A stretch of DNA of 64,000 bases from assembly GCA_040954595.2 (NCBI GenBank), contig CM082598.2, forward strand, positions 7,455,097 through 7,519,096. Reading direction: 5' to 3'. The stretch is from Balanoglossus misakiensis. Lineage: Eukaryota; Animalia; Hemichordata. The notes under the pieces are model-generated. The model had not been told where the DNA came from, did no database searches, and saw only the letters and a program-made list of their open reading frames with translations. Position 1 is the first letter of the stretch. Every line of letters begins with the position of its first letter. Of this stretch, positions 16,001 through 31,000 are shown piece after piece. Position numbers and translations under genes: made by a program.

Positions 16001-19000
16001 TGATTTTCAAATCATGATTTTTTTCAAAAATTGACGAATTTTTTTGGGATTTTGCAAAGTTGTAAAATTGTCATTTTTTGATGATTTTCAAATCATGATT
16101 TTTTTCAAAAATTGACGAATTTTTTTGGGATTTCGCAAAGTCGAAAAATTGTAATTTTTTGATGATCTTCATGATCTATAACCCATGTTTTTTTTTTCAA
16201 ATTTACGAAGTTTTGAGATTTTGCAAGGTTGAAAAATTGTCATTTTTTGATGATTTTCAACCCATGATTTTTTTTCAAAAATCGACGAAATTTTGAGATT
16301 TTGCAAAGTTGAAAAATTGTCATTTTTTTGATTATTTTCAACCCATGATTTTTTTCAAATATTGACGAAATTTTGAGATTTTGCAAAGTTGAAAAATTTA
16401 CATTTTTTGATGATTTTGAACCCATGATTTTTTTCAAAAATCGACGAAATTTTAAGATTTTGCAATGTTGAAAATTGTCATTTTTTGATGATTTTCATAA
16501 GATATAATCATGATTTTTTTCAAAAATTGACGAAATTTTGAGATTTTGCAAAATAAAAAATGAGTCCTTTTTTGATGATTTTCATGAGCTATAAACCCAT
16601 GATTTTTTTTAAAATCGACGAATTTTTGAGATGTCGCAAAGTCGACAAATTGTAATTTTTTGATGATTTTCATGATCTATAACCAATGATTTTTTTCAAA
16701 TATTGACGAAATTTTGACATTTTGAAAAGTCGAAAAAATTGTCATTTTTTGATGATTTTCAACCCATGATTTTTTTTCAAAAATCGACGAAATTTTGAGA
16801 TTTTGCAAAGTTGAAAAATTGTCATTTTTTGATGATTTTCAACCCATGATTTTTTTCAAAAATTGACGAAATTTTGACTTTTTGCAAAGTTGAAAAATTG
16901 TCATTTTTTGATGATTTTCATAAGATATAATCATGATTTTTTTCAAAAATTGACGAAATTTTGAGATTTTGCAAAATAAAAAATGAGTCATTTTTTGATG
17001 ATTTTCATGAGCTATAACCTATGATTTTTTTTCAAAAATCAACGAATTTTGAGATTACGCAAAGTCGACAAATTGTCATTTTTTGATGATTTTCAAATCA
17101 TGATTTTTTTCAAAAATTGACGAATTTTTTGGGGATTTTGCAAAGTTGAAAAATTGTCATTTTTTGATGATTTTCAACACATGATTTTTTTCATAAATGG
17201 ACGAAATTTTGAGATTTTGCAAAGTTGATAAATTATCATTTTTTGATGACTTTCAAGCTATGATTTTTTTCAAATATTGACGAAATTTTGAGATTTTGCA
17301 AAGTTGATAATTGTCATTTTTTGATGATTTTCAACCCATGATTTTTTTCAAAAATCGACGAAATTTTGAGATTTTGCAAAGTTGAAAAATTGTCATTTTT
17401 TGATGATTTTCAACCCACGATTTTTTTTTCAAAAATCGACGAAATTTTGATATTTTGCAAAGTTCTAAAATTGTCATTTTTGATGACTTTCAACCCATGA
17501 TTTTTTACAAATATTGACGAAATTTTAAGATTTTGCAAAGTTGAAAAATTGTCATTTTTTTTATGATTTTCAACCCATGATTTTTTTTCAAAAATCGACG
17601 AAATTTTGAGATTTTGCAAAGTTCTAAAATTGTCATTTTTTGATGACTTTCAACCCATGATTTTTTAAATATTGACGAAATTTTGAGATTTTGCAAAGTT
17701 GAAAAATTGTCATTTTTTGATGATTTTCAAGAGCTATAAACCCATGATTTTTTTTTAAATCGATGAATTTTTGAGATTTCGCAAAGTCGACAAATTGTAA
17801 TTTTTTGATGATTTTCATGATCTATAACAAATGATTTTTTTCAAATATTGACGAAAATTTGACATTTTGAAAAGTCGAAAAAATTGTCATTTTTTGATGA
17901 TTTTCAACCCATGATTTTTTTTCAAAAATCGACGAAATTTTGAGATTTTGCAAAGTTGAAAAATTGTCATTTTTTGATGATTTTCAAATCATGATTTTTT
18001 TAAAAAATTGACGAAATTTTGACTTTTTGCAAAGTTGAAAAATTGTCATTTTTTGATGATTTTCAAATCATGATTTTTTTAAAAAATTGACGAAATTTTG
18101 AGATTTTGCAAAGTTGAAAAATTATCATTTTTGATTACTTTCAACCTATGACTTTTTTCAAATATTGACGAAATTTTGAGATTTTGCAAAGTTGATAATT
18201 GTCATTTTTTGATGATTTTCAACCCATGATTTTTTTTCAAAAATCGACGAAATTTTGAGATTTTGCAAAGTTGAAAAATTGTCATTTTTTGATGATTTTC
18301 AACCCATGATTTTTTCAAAAATTGACGAATTTTGGGGGGATTTTGCAAAGTTAAAAAAATTGTCATTTTTTGATGATTTTCAACACATGATTTTTTTCAT
18401 AAATGGACGAAATTTGGAGATTTTGCAAAGTTGAAAAATTATCATTTTTTGATGACTTTCAACCCATGATTTTTTAAATATTGACGAAATTTTGAGATTT
18501 TGCAAAGTTGAAAAATTGTCATTTTTTGATGATTTTCAAGAGCTATAAACCCATGATTTTTTTTAAAATCGACGAATTTTTGAGATTTCGCAAAGTCGAC
18601 AAATTGTAATTTCTTGATGATTTTCATGATCTATAACCAATGATTTTTTTCAAATATTGACGAAATTATGACATTTTGAAAAGTCGAAAAAATTGTCATT
18701 TTTTGATGATTTTCAACCCATGATTTTTTTCAAAAATCGACGAAATTTTGAGATTTTGCAAAGTTGAAAAATTTACATTTTTTGATGATTTTCAACCCAT
18801 GATTTTTTTCAATAATTTACGAATTTTTTTGAGATTGTGCAAAGTTGAAAAATTGTCAATTTTTGATGATTTTCATGATCTATAACAAATGACTTTTTTC
18901 AAATATTGTCGAAATTTTGAGATTTTGCAAAGTTGAAAGATTTTCATGTTTTGATGATTTTCAAACCATGATTTTTTTCAAATATTGACGAAATTTTGCG

Positions 19001-22000
19001 ATTTTGCAAAGTTCTAAAATTGTCATTTTTTGATGATTTTCAACCCATGATTTTTTTCAAATATTGACGAAATTTTGAGATTTTGCAAAGTTGAAAAATT
19101 TACATTTTTTGATGATTTTCAACCCATGATTTTTTTCAAAAATCGACGAAATTTTAAGATTTTGCAATGTTGAAAATTGTCATTTTTTGATGATTGTCAT
19201 AAGATATAATCATGATTTTTTTCTAAATTGACGAAATTTTGAGATTTTGCAAAATAAAAAATGTGTCATTTTTTGATGATTTTCATGAGCTATAACCCAT
19301 GATTTTTTTCAAAAATCGTCGAATTTTTGAGATTTCGCAGAGTCGAAAAATTGTAATTTTTTGATGATTTTCATGATCTATAACCCATGTTTTTTTTCAA
19401 AAACGACTAATATTTGAGATTTCGCAAAGTCGACAAATTGTCATTTTTTGATGATTTTCAACTCATGATTTTTTTCAACTATTGACAAAATTTTGAGATT
19501 TTGCAAAGTTGAAAAATTGTCATTTATTGATGATTTTCATGAGATATAACCATGATTTTTTTCAAAAATTTACGAAATTTTGAGATTTTGCAAAGTTGAA
19601 AAATTGTCATTTTTTGATGATTTTCATGAGATATAACCATGATTTTTTTTCAAAAAATTAAGAAATTTTGAGATTTTGCAAAGTCGACAAATTGTAATTT
19701 TTTGATGATTTTCAAGAGCTATAAACCCGTGATTTTTTTCAAAAATCGACTAATTTTTGGGATTTCGCAAAGTCGAAAAATTGTAATTTTTTGATGATTT
19801 TCATGATCTATAACCCATGTTTTTTTCAAATATTGTCGAAATTTTGAGATTTTGCAAAGTTGAAAGATTGTCATTTTTTGATGATTTTCAAATCATGATT
19901 TTTTTCAAAAATTGACGAATTTTTTTGGGATTTCGCAAAGTCGAAAAATTGTAATTTTTTGATGATCTTCATGATCTATAACCCATGTTTTTTTTTCAAA
20001 TTTACGAAGTTTTGAGATTTTGCAAGGTTGAAAAATTGTCATTTTTTGATGATTTTCAACCCATGATTTTTTTTCAAAAATCGACGAAATTTTGAGATTT
20101 TGCAAAGTTGAAAAATTGTCATTTTTTTGATTATTTTCAACCCATGATTTTTTTCAAATATCGACGAAATTTTGAGATTTTGCAAAGTTGAAAAATTTAC
20201 ATTTTTTGATGATTCTGAACCCATGATTTTTTTCAAAAATCGACGAAATTTTAAGATTTTGCAATGTTGAAAATTGTCATTTTTTGATGATTTTCATAAG
20301 ATATAATCATGATTTTTTTCAAAAATTGACGAAATTTTGAGATTTTGCAAAATAAAAAATGAGTCCCATGATTTTCATGAGCTATAAACCCATGATTTTT
20401 TTTTAAATCGACGAATTTTTGAGATGTCGCAAAGTCGACAAATTGTAATTTTTTGATGATTTTCATGATCTATAACCAATGATTTTTTTCAAATATTGAC
20501 GAAATTTTGAGATTTTGCAAAGTAGAAAAATTGTCATTTTTTGATGATTTTCAACCCTTGATTTTTTTTCAAAAATCGACGAAATTTTGAGATTTTGCAA
20601 AGTTGAAAAATTGTCATTGTTTGATGATTTTCAAGAGATATAAACCCATGATTTTTTTTTCAAAAATCGACGAATTTTTGAGATTTCGCAAGGTTGAAAA
20701 ATTTTCATTTTTTAATGATTTTCATCAGATATAACCATGATTTTTGTCAAAAATTGACGAAATTTTGAGATTTTGCAAAGTTGAAAAATTGCCATTTTTT
20801 ATGATTTTCATGAGTTATATATAACCCATGATTTCTTTTCAAAACTCGGCTTACATTTGGGATTACGCAATGTCGAAAAATTGTCATTTTTGATGATTTT
20901 CAACCCACGTTTATTTCAAAAACGACTAATATTTGAGATTTCGCAAAGTCGACAAATTGTCATTTTTGATGATTTTCAACCCATGTTTGTTTCAAAAACG
21001 ACTAATATTTGAGATTTCGCAAAGTCGACAAATTGTCATTTTTGATGATTTTCAAACCATGATTTTTTTCAAATATTGACGAAATTTTGAGATTTAGCAA
21101 AGTTCTAAAATTGTCATTTTTGATGATTTTCAACCCATGATTTTTTTTCAAAAATCGACGAAATTTTGAGATTTTGCAAAGTTGAAAAATTTACATTTTT
21201 TGATGATTTTCAACCCATGATTTTTTTCAATAATTTACGAATTTTTTTGAGATTGTGCAAAGTTGAAAAATTGTCATTTTTTGATGATTTTCAACCCATG
21301 ATTTTTTTCAAAAATCGACGAAATTTTAGGATTTTGCAAAGTTGAAAAATTGTCATTTTTTGATTATTTTCAAATCATGATTTTTTTCAAAAATTGACGA
21401 ATTTTTTGGGGATTTTGCAAAGTTGAAAAATTATCATTTTTTGATGATTTTCAAATCATGATTTTTTTCAAAAATTGACGAATTTTTTTGGGATTTCGCA
21501 AAGTCGAAAAATTGTAATTTTTTGATGATCTTCATGATCTATAACACATGTTTTTTTTTCAAATTTACGAAGTTTTGAGATTTTGCAAGGTTGAAAAATT
21601 GTCATTTTTTGATGATTTTCAACCCATGATTTTTTTTCAAAAATCGACGAAATTTTGAGATTTTGCAAAGTTGAAAAATTGTCATTTTTTTGATTATTTT
21701 CTACCCATGATTTTTTTCAAATATTGACGAAATTTTAAGATTTTGCAAAGTTGAAAAATTGTCATTTTTTTGATGATTTTCAACCCATGATTTTTTTTCA
21801 AAAATCGACGAAATTTTGAGATTTTGCAAAGTTCTAAAATTGTCATTTTTTGATGACTTTCAACCCATGATTTTTTAAATATTGACGAAATTTTGAGATT
21901 TTGCAAAGTTGAAAAATTGTCATTTTTTGATGATTTTCAAGAGCTATAAACCCATGATTTTTTTTTAAATCGATGAATTTTTGAGATTTTGCAAAGTCGA

Positions 22001-25000
22001 CAAATTGTAATTTTTTGATGATTTTCATGATCTATAACAAATGATTTTTTTCAAATATTGACGAAATTTTGACATTTTGAAAAGTCGAAAAAATTGTCAT
22101 TTTTTGATGATTTTCAACCCACGATTTTTTTTCAAAAATCGACGAAATTTTGAGATTTTGCAAAGTTGAAAAATTGTCATTTTTTGATGATTTTCAAACC
22201 ATGATTTTTTTCAAAAATTGACGAAATTTTGACTTTTTGCAAAGTTGAAAAATTGTCATTTTTTGATGATTTTCAAATCATGATTTTTTTAAAAAATTGA
22301 CGAAATTTTGAGATATTGCAAAGTTGAAAAATTATCATTTTTGATTACTTTCAACCTATGATTTTTTTCAAATATTTACGAAATTTTGAGATTTTGCAAA
22401 GTTGATAATTGTCATTTTTTGATGATTTTCAACCAATGATTTTTTTTCAAAAATCGACGAAATTTTGAGATTTTGCAAAGTTGAAAAATTGTCATTTTTT
22501 GATGATTTTCAACCCATGATTTTTTCAAAAATTGACGAATTTTGGGGGGATTTTGCAAAGTTAAAAAAATTGTCATTTTTTGATGATTTTCAACACATGA
22601 TTTTTTTCATAAATGGACGAAATTTTGAGATTTTGCAAAGTTGAAAAATTATAATTTTTTGATGACTTTCAACCCATGATTTTTTAAATATTGACGAATT
22701 TTTGACATTTAGCAAAGTCGACAAATTGTAATTTTTTGATGATTTTCATGATCTATAACCAATGATTTTTTTCAAATATTGACGAAATTTTGACATTTTG
22801 AAAAGTCGAAAAAATTGTCATTTTTTGATGATTTTCAACCCATGATTTTTTTCAAAAATCGACGAAATTTTGAGATTTTGCAAAGTTGAAAAATTGTCAT
22901 TTTTTGATGATTTTCAACCCATGATTTTTTTTCAAAAATCGACGAAATTTTGAGATTTTGCAAAGTTGAAAAATTGTCATTTTTTGATGATTTTCAACCC
23001 ATGATTTTTTCAACTATTGACAAAATTTTGAGATTTTGCAAAGTTAAAAAAATTTTCATTTTTTGATGATTTTCATGAGATATAACCAATGATTTTTTTC
23101 AAATATTGACGAAATTTTGACATTTGAAAAGTCGAAAAAATTGTCATTTTTTGATGATTATCAACCCATGATTTTTTTCAAATATTTACGAAATTTTGAT
23201 ATTTTGCAAAGTTGAAAAATTTACATTTTTTGATGATTTTCAACCCATGATTTTTTTCAAAAATCGACGAAATTTTAAGATTTTGCAATGTTAAAAAATT
23301 GTCATTTTTTGATGATTTTCATAAGATATAATCATGATTTTTTTCATAAATGGACGAAATTTTGAGATTTTGCAAAGTTGAAAAAATATCATTTTTTGAT
23401 GACTTTAAACCTATGATTTTTTTCAAATATTGACGAAATTTTGAGATTTTGCAAAGTTGAAAGATTTTCATGTTTTGATGATTTTCAACACATGATTTTT
23501 TTCATAAATGGACGAAATTTTGAGATTTTGCAAAGTTGAAAAAATATCATTTTTTGATGACTTTAAACCTATGATTTTTTTCAAATATTGACGAAATTTT
23601 GATATTTTGCAAAGTTGAAAAATTTACATTTTTTGATGATTTTCAACCCATGATTTTTTTCAAAAATCAACGAAATTTTAAGATTTTGCAATGTTGAAAA
23701 TTGTCATTTTTTGATGATTTTCATAAGATATAATCATGATTTTTTTCAAAAATTGACGAAATTTTGAGATTTTGCAAAATAAAAAATGTGTCATTTTTTG
23801 ATGATTTTCATGAGCTATAACCCATGATTTTTTTCAAAAATCGACGAATTTTTGAGAATTCGCAGAGTCGAAAAATTGTAATTTTTTGATGATTTTCATG
23901 ATCTATAACCCATGTTTTTTTCAAAAACGACTAATATTTGAGATTTCGCAAAGTCGACAAATTGTCATTTTTTGATGATTTTCAACCCATGATTTTGTTC
24001 AACTATTGACAAAATTTTGAGATTTTGCAAAGTTGAAACATTTTCATTTTTTGATGATTTTCATGAGATATAACCAATGATTTTTTTCAAATATTGACGA
24101 AATTTTGACATTTGAAAAGTCGAAAAAATTGTCATTTTTTGATGATTATCAACCCATGATTTTTTTCAAATATTTACGAAATTTTGAGATTTTGCAAAGT
24201 TGAAAGATTTTCATGTTTTGATGATTTTCAACACATGATTTTTTTCATAAATGGACGAAATTTTGAGATTTTGCAAAGTTGAAAAAATATCATTTTTTGA
24301 TTACTTTAAACCTATGATTTTTTTCAAATATTGACGAAATTTTGAGATTTTGCAAAGTTGAAAAATTTACATTTTTTGATGATTTTCAACCCATGATTTT
24401 TTTCAAAAATCGTCGAAATTTTAAGATTTTGCAATGTTGAAAATTGTCATTTTTTGATGATTTTCAAGAGCTATAAACCCATGATTTTTTTTTAAATCGA
24501 CTAATATTTGAGATTTTGCAAAGTCGACAAATTGTCATTTTTTGATGATTTTCAACCCATGATTTTTTTCAAATATTTATGAAATTTTGAGATTTTGCAA
24601 AGTTGAAAAATTGTCATTTTTTGATGATTTTCAACACATAATTTTTTTCTAAAATGGACGAAATTTTGAGATTTTGCAAAGTTCTAAAATTGTCATTATT
24701 TGATGACTTTCAACCCATGATTTTTTTTCAAAAATCGACGAAATTTTGAGATTTTGCAAAGTTGAAAAATTTTCATTTTTTATGATTTTCATTAGTTATA
24801 TATCACCCATGATTTTTTTTCAAAAATCGACTTATAATTTAGATTTTGCAAGGTCGAAAAATTTTAATTTTTTGATGATTTTCATTATCCATAACCCATT
24901 TTTATTTCAGAAATCGACGAAATTTTGAGATTTTGCAAAGTTGAAAAATTGTCATTTTTTGATGATTTTCAACCCATGATTTTTTTCAAAAAACGAGGAA

Positions 25001-28000
25001 ATTTTCACATTTTGCAAAGTTGAAAAATTGTCATTTTTTATGATTTTCATGAGATATAATCAAGTTTTTTTTCAAAAATTGACGAAAATTTGAGATTTTG
25101 CAAAGTAAAAAATTGTCATTTTTTTATGATTTTCATGAGCTATATAAAACCCATGATTTTTTTTAAATCGACTAATATTTGAGATTTCGCAATGTCGAAA
25201 TATTGTAATTTTTTGATGATTTTCATGATCTATAACCCATGATTTTTTTTCAAAAATTTACGAAATTTTGAGATTTTGCAAAGTTTAAAAATTGCTTTTT
25301 TTTGATGATTATCAACCCATGATTTTTTTTCAAATATTGTCGAAATTTTGAGATTTTGCAAAGTTGAAAGATTTTAATTTTTTGATGATTTTCAACCCAT
25401 GATTTTTGTAAATATTGACGAAATTTTGAGATATTGCAAAGTTGAAAAATTGTCAGTTTTTGATGAATTTCAACCCATAATTTTTTTCAAAAATCGACGA
25501 AATTTTGAGATTTTGCAAAGTTGAAAAATTGTCATTTTTTGATGATTTTCAACACATGATTTTTTTCTAAAATGGACGAAATTTTGAGATTTTGCAAAGT
25601 TCTAAAATTGTCATTTTTTGATGACTTTCAACCCATGATTTTTTTAAATATTGACGAAATTTTGAGATTTCGCAAAGTTGAAAAATTGTCATTTTTTGAT
25701 GATTTTCATGAGATATAACCATGATTTTTTTCAAAAATTGACGAAATACTGAGATTTTGCAAAGTTGAAAAATTGTCATTTTTTGATGATTTTCAACCCA
25801 TGATTTTTTTCAAATATTGACGAAATTTTGAGATTTTGCAAAGTTGAAAAATTGTCATTTTTTGATGATTTTCAACCCATGATTTTTTCAAAAATTGACG
25901 AAATTTTGAGATTTTGCAAAATTGAAAAATTGTCATTTTTTGATGATTTTCAACCCATGATTTTTTTCAAAAAACGAGGAAATTTTCACATTTTGCAAAG
26001 TTGAAAAATTGTCATTTTTTATGATTTTCATGAGATATAATCATGTTTTTTTCAAAAATTGACTAAATTTTGAGATTTTGCAAAGTAAAAAATTGTCATT
26101 TTTTGATGATTTTCTACCCATGATTTTTATCAAAAATTAACGAAATTTTGGGATTTTGCAAAGTTCAAAAATTGTCATTTTTTGATGATTTTCAACCCAT
26201 GATTTTTATCAAAAATTGACGAAATTTTGAGATTTTGCAAAGTTGAAAAATTGTCATTTTATGATGATTTTCAACCCATGATTTTTTTTCAAAAATTGAC
26301 GAAATTTTACGATTTTGCAAAGTAAAAATGTTGTCATTTTTTTATGATTTTCATGAGCTATATAAAACCCATGATTTTTTTTTTTAAATCGACTAATATT
26401 TGAGATTTCGCAACGTCGACAAATTGTCATTTTTTGATGATTTTCAAGAGCTATAAACCCATGATTTTTTTCAAAAATCGACGAATTGTTGAGATTTCGC
26501 AATGTCGAAATATTGTGATTTTTTGATGATTTTCATGATCTATAACCCATGTTTTTTTTCAAAAACGACTAATATTTGAGATTTCGCAAAGTCTACAAAT
26601 TGTCATTTTTTTGATGATTTTCAAGAGCTATAAACCCATGATTGTTTTCAAAAATCGACGAATTTTTGAGATTTCGCAATGTCGAAAGATTGTAATTTTT
26701 TGATGATTTTCATGATCTATAACCCATGATTTTTTTTCAAAAATTTCCGAAATTTTGAGATTTTGCAAAGTTGAAAAATTGTCATTTTTTGATGATTTTC
26801 AAATCATGATTTTTTTCAAAAATTGACAAATTTTTTAGAGATTTTGCAAAGTTGAAAAATTGTCATTTTTTGATGATTTTCAACTCATGATTTTTTTCAA
26901 AAATTGACGAAATTTTACGATTTTGCAAAGTAAAAAAGTTGTCATTTTTTTATGATTTTCATGAGCTATATAAAACCCATGATTTTTTTTAAAAAATCGA
27001 CTAATATTTGAGATTTCGCAAAGTCGACAAATTGTCATTTTTTGATGATTTTCAACCCATGATTTTTTTCAAATATTTACGAAATTTTGAGATTTCGCAA
27101 CGTCGACAAATTGTCATTTTTTGATGATTTTCAAGAGCTATAAACCCATGATTTTTTTCAAAAATCGACGAATTTTTGAGATTTCGCAATGTCGAAAGAT
27201 TGTAATTTTTTGATGATTTTCATGATATATAACCCATGATTTTTTTTCAAAAATTTCCGAAATTTTGAGATTTTGCAAAGTTGAAAAATTGTCATTTTTT
27301 GATGATTTTCAAATCATGATTTTTTTCAAAAATTGACCAATTTTTTAGAGATTTTGCAAAGTTGAAAAATTGTCATTTTTTGATGATTTTCAAATCATGA
27401 TTTTTTTTCAAAAATTGACGAATTTTTTTGAGATTTTGCAAAGTTGAAAAATTGTCATTTTATGATGATTTTCAACCCATGATTTTTTTTCAAAAATTGA
27501 CGAAATTTTACGATTTTGCAAAGTAAAAATGTTGTCATTTTTTTATGATTTTCATGAGCTATATAAAACCCATTATTTTTTTTTAAAAATCGACTAATAT
27601 TTGAGATTTCGCAAAGTCGATAAATTGTCATTTTTTGATGATTTTCAACCCATGATTTTTTTCAAATATTTACGAAATTTTGAGATTTTGCAAAGTTGAA
27701 AAATTGTCATTTTTTGATGACTTTCAACCCATGATTTTTTTAAATATTGACGAAATTTTGAGATTTCTCAAAGTTGAAAAATTGTCATTTTTGATGATTT
27801 TCATGAGATATAACCATGATTTTTTTCAAAAATTGACGAAATACTGAGATTTTGCAAAGTTGAAAAATTGTCATTTTTTGATGATTTTCAACCCATGATT
27901 TTTTTCAAATATTGACGAAATTTTGAGATTTTGCAAATTTGAAAAATTGTCATTTTTTGATGATTTTCAACCCATGATTTTTTTCAAAAATTGACGAAAT

Positions 28001-31000
28001 TTTGAGATTTTGCAAAATTGAAAAATTGTCATTTTTTGATGATTTTCAACCCATGATTTTTTTCAAAAAACGAGGAAATTTTCACATTTTGCAAAGTTGA
28101 AAAATTGTCATTTTATGATGATTTTCAACCCATGATTTTTTTTCAAAAATTGACGAAATTTTACGATTTTGCAAAGTAATAATGTTGTCATTTTTTTTTA
28201 TGATTTTCATGAGCTATATAAAACCCATGATTTTTTTTTTAAATCGACTAATATTTGAGATTTCGCAACGTCGACAAATTGTCATTTTTTGATGATTTTC
28301 AAGAGCTATAAACCCATGATTTTTTTCAAAAATCGACGAATTTTTGAGATTTCGCAATGTCGAAAGATTGTAATTTTTTGATGATTTTCATGATATATAA
28401 CCCATGATTTTTTTTCAAAAATTTCCGAAATTTTGAGATTTTGCAAAGTTGAAAGAATTTCATTTTTTGATGATTTTCAAACCATGATTTTTTTTTTTCA
28501 AAAATTGACGAAATTTTGAGATTTTGCAAAGTTGAAAAATTGTCATTTTTTGATGATTTTCAAATCATGATTTTTTTCTAAAATTGACCAATTTTTTAGA
28601 GATTTTGCAAAGTTGAAAAATTGTCATTTTTTGATGATTTTCAAATCATGATTTTTTTTCAAAAATTGACGAATTTTTTTGAGATTTTGCAAAGTTGAAA
28701 AATTGTCATTTTATGATGATTTTCAACCCATGATTTTTTTTCAAAAATTGACGAAATTTTACGATTTTGCAAAGTAAAAATGTTGTCATTTTTTTATGAT
28801 TTTCATGAGCTATATAAAACCCATTATTTTTTTTTAAAAATCGACTAATATTTGAGATTTCGCAAAGTCGATAAATTGTCATTTTTTGATGATTTTCAAC
28901 CCATGATTTTTTTCAAATATTTACGAAATTTTGAGATTTTGCAAAGTTGAAAAATTGTCATTTTTTGATGACTTTCAACCCATGATTTTTTTAAATATTG
29001 ACGAAATTTTGAGATTTCTCAAAGTTGAAAAATTGTCATTTTTGATGATTTTCATGAGATATAACCATGATTTTTTTCAAAAATTGACGAAATACTGAGA
29101 TTTTGCAAAGTTGAAAAATTGTCATTTTTTGATGATTTTCAACCCATGATTTTTTTCAAATATTGACGAAATTTTGAGATTTTGCAAAGTTGAAAAATTG
29201 TCATTTTTTGATGATTTTCAACCCATGATTTTTTTCAAAAATTGACGAAATTTTGAGATTTTGCAAAATTGAAAAATTGTCATTTTTTGATGATTTTCAA
29301 CCCATGATTTTTTTCAAAAAACGAGGAAATTTTCACATTTTGCAAAGTTGAAAAATTGTCATTTTATGATGATTTTCAACCCATGATTTTTTTTCAAAAA
29401 TTGACGAAATTTTACGATTTTGCAAAGTAAAAATGTTGTCATTTTTTTATGATTTTCATGAGCTATATAAAACCCATGATTTTTTTTTTAAATCGACTAA
29501 TATTTGAGATTTCGCAACGTCGACAAATTGTCATTTTTTAATGATTTTCAAGAGCTATAAACCCATGATTTTTTTCAAAAATCGACGAATTTTTGAGATT
29601 TCGCAATGTCGAAAGATTGTAATTGTTTGATGATTTCATGATCTATAACCCATGATTTTTTTTCAAAAATTTCCGAAATTTTGAGATTTTGCAAAGTTGA
29701 AAGATTTTCATTTTTTGATGATTTTCAAACCATGATTTTTTTTTTCAAAAATTGACGAAATTTTGAGATTTTGCAAAGTTGAAAAATTGTCATTTTTTGA
29801 TGATTTTCAAATCATGATTTTTTTCAAAAATTGACCAATTTTTTAGAGATTTTGCAAAGTTGAAAAATTGTCATTTTTTGATGATTTTCAACCCATGATT
29901 TTTTTCAAAAATTGACGAAATTTTACGATTTTGCAAAGTAAAAAAGTTGTCATTTTTTTATGATTTTCATGAGCTATATAAAACCCATGATTTTTTTTAA
30001 AAAATCGACTAATATTTGAGATTTCGCAAAGTCGACAAATTGTCATTTTTTGATGATTTTCAACCCATGATTTTTTTCAAATATTTACGAAATTTTGAGA
30101 TTTTGTAAAGTTGAAAAATTGTCATTTTTTGATGATTTTCAAATCATGATTTTTTTTCAAAAATTGACGAATTTTTTTGAGATTTTGCAAAGTTGAAAAA
30201 TTGTCATTTTATGATGATTTTCAACCCATGATTTTTTTTCAAAAATTGACGAAATTTTACGATTTTGCAAAGTAAAAATGTAGTCATTTTTTTATGATTT
30301 TCATGAGCTATATAAAACACATGATTTTTTTTTTTAAATCGACTAATATTTGAGATTTCGCAAAGTCGATAAATTGTCATTTTTTGATGATTTTCAACCC
30401 ATGATTTTTTTCAAATATTTACGAAATTTTGAGATTTTGCAAAGTTGAAAAATTGTCATTTTTTGATGATTTTCATGAGATATAACCATGATTTTTTTCA
30501 AAAATTGACGAAATACTGAGATTTTGCAAAGTTGAAAAATTGTCATTTTTTGATGATTTTCAACCCATGATTTTTTTCAAATATTGACGAAATTTTGAGA
30601 TTTTGCAAAGTTGAAAAATTGTCATTTTTTGATGATTTTCAACCCATGATTTTTTTCAAAAATTGACGAAATTTTGAGATTTTGCAAAATTGAAAAATTG
30701 TCATTTTTTGATGATTTTCAACCCATGATTTTTTTCAAAAAACGAGGAAATTTTCACATTTTGCAAAGTTGAAAATTTGTCATTTTATGATGATTTTCAA
30801 CCCATGATTTTTTTTCAAAAATTGACGAAATTTTACGATTTTGCAAAGTAAAAATGTTGTCATTTTTTTATGATTTTCATGAGCTATATAAAACCCATGA
30901 TTTTTTTTTTTAAATCGACTAATATTTGAGATTTCGCAACGTCGAAAAATTGTCATTTTTTGATGATTTTCAAGAGCTATAAACCCATGATTTTTTTCAA

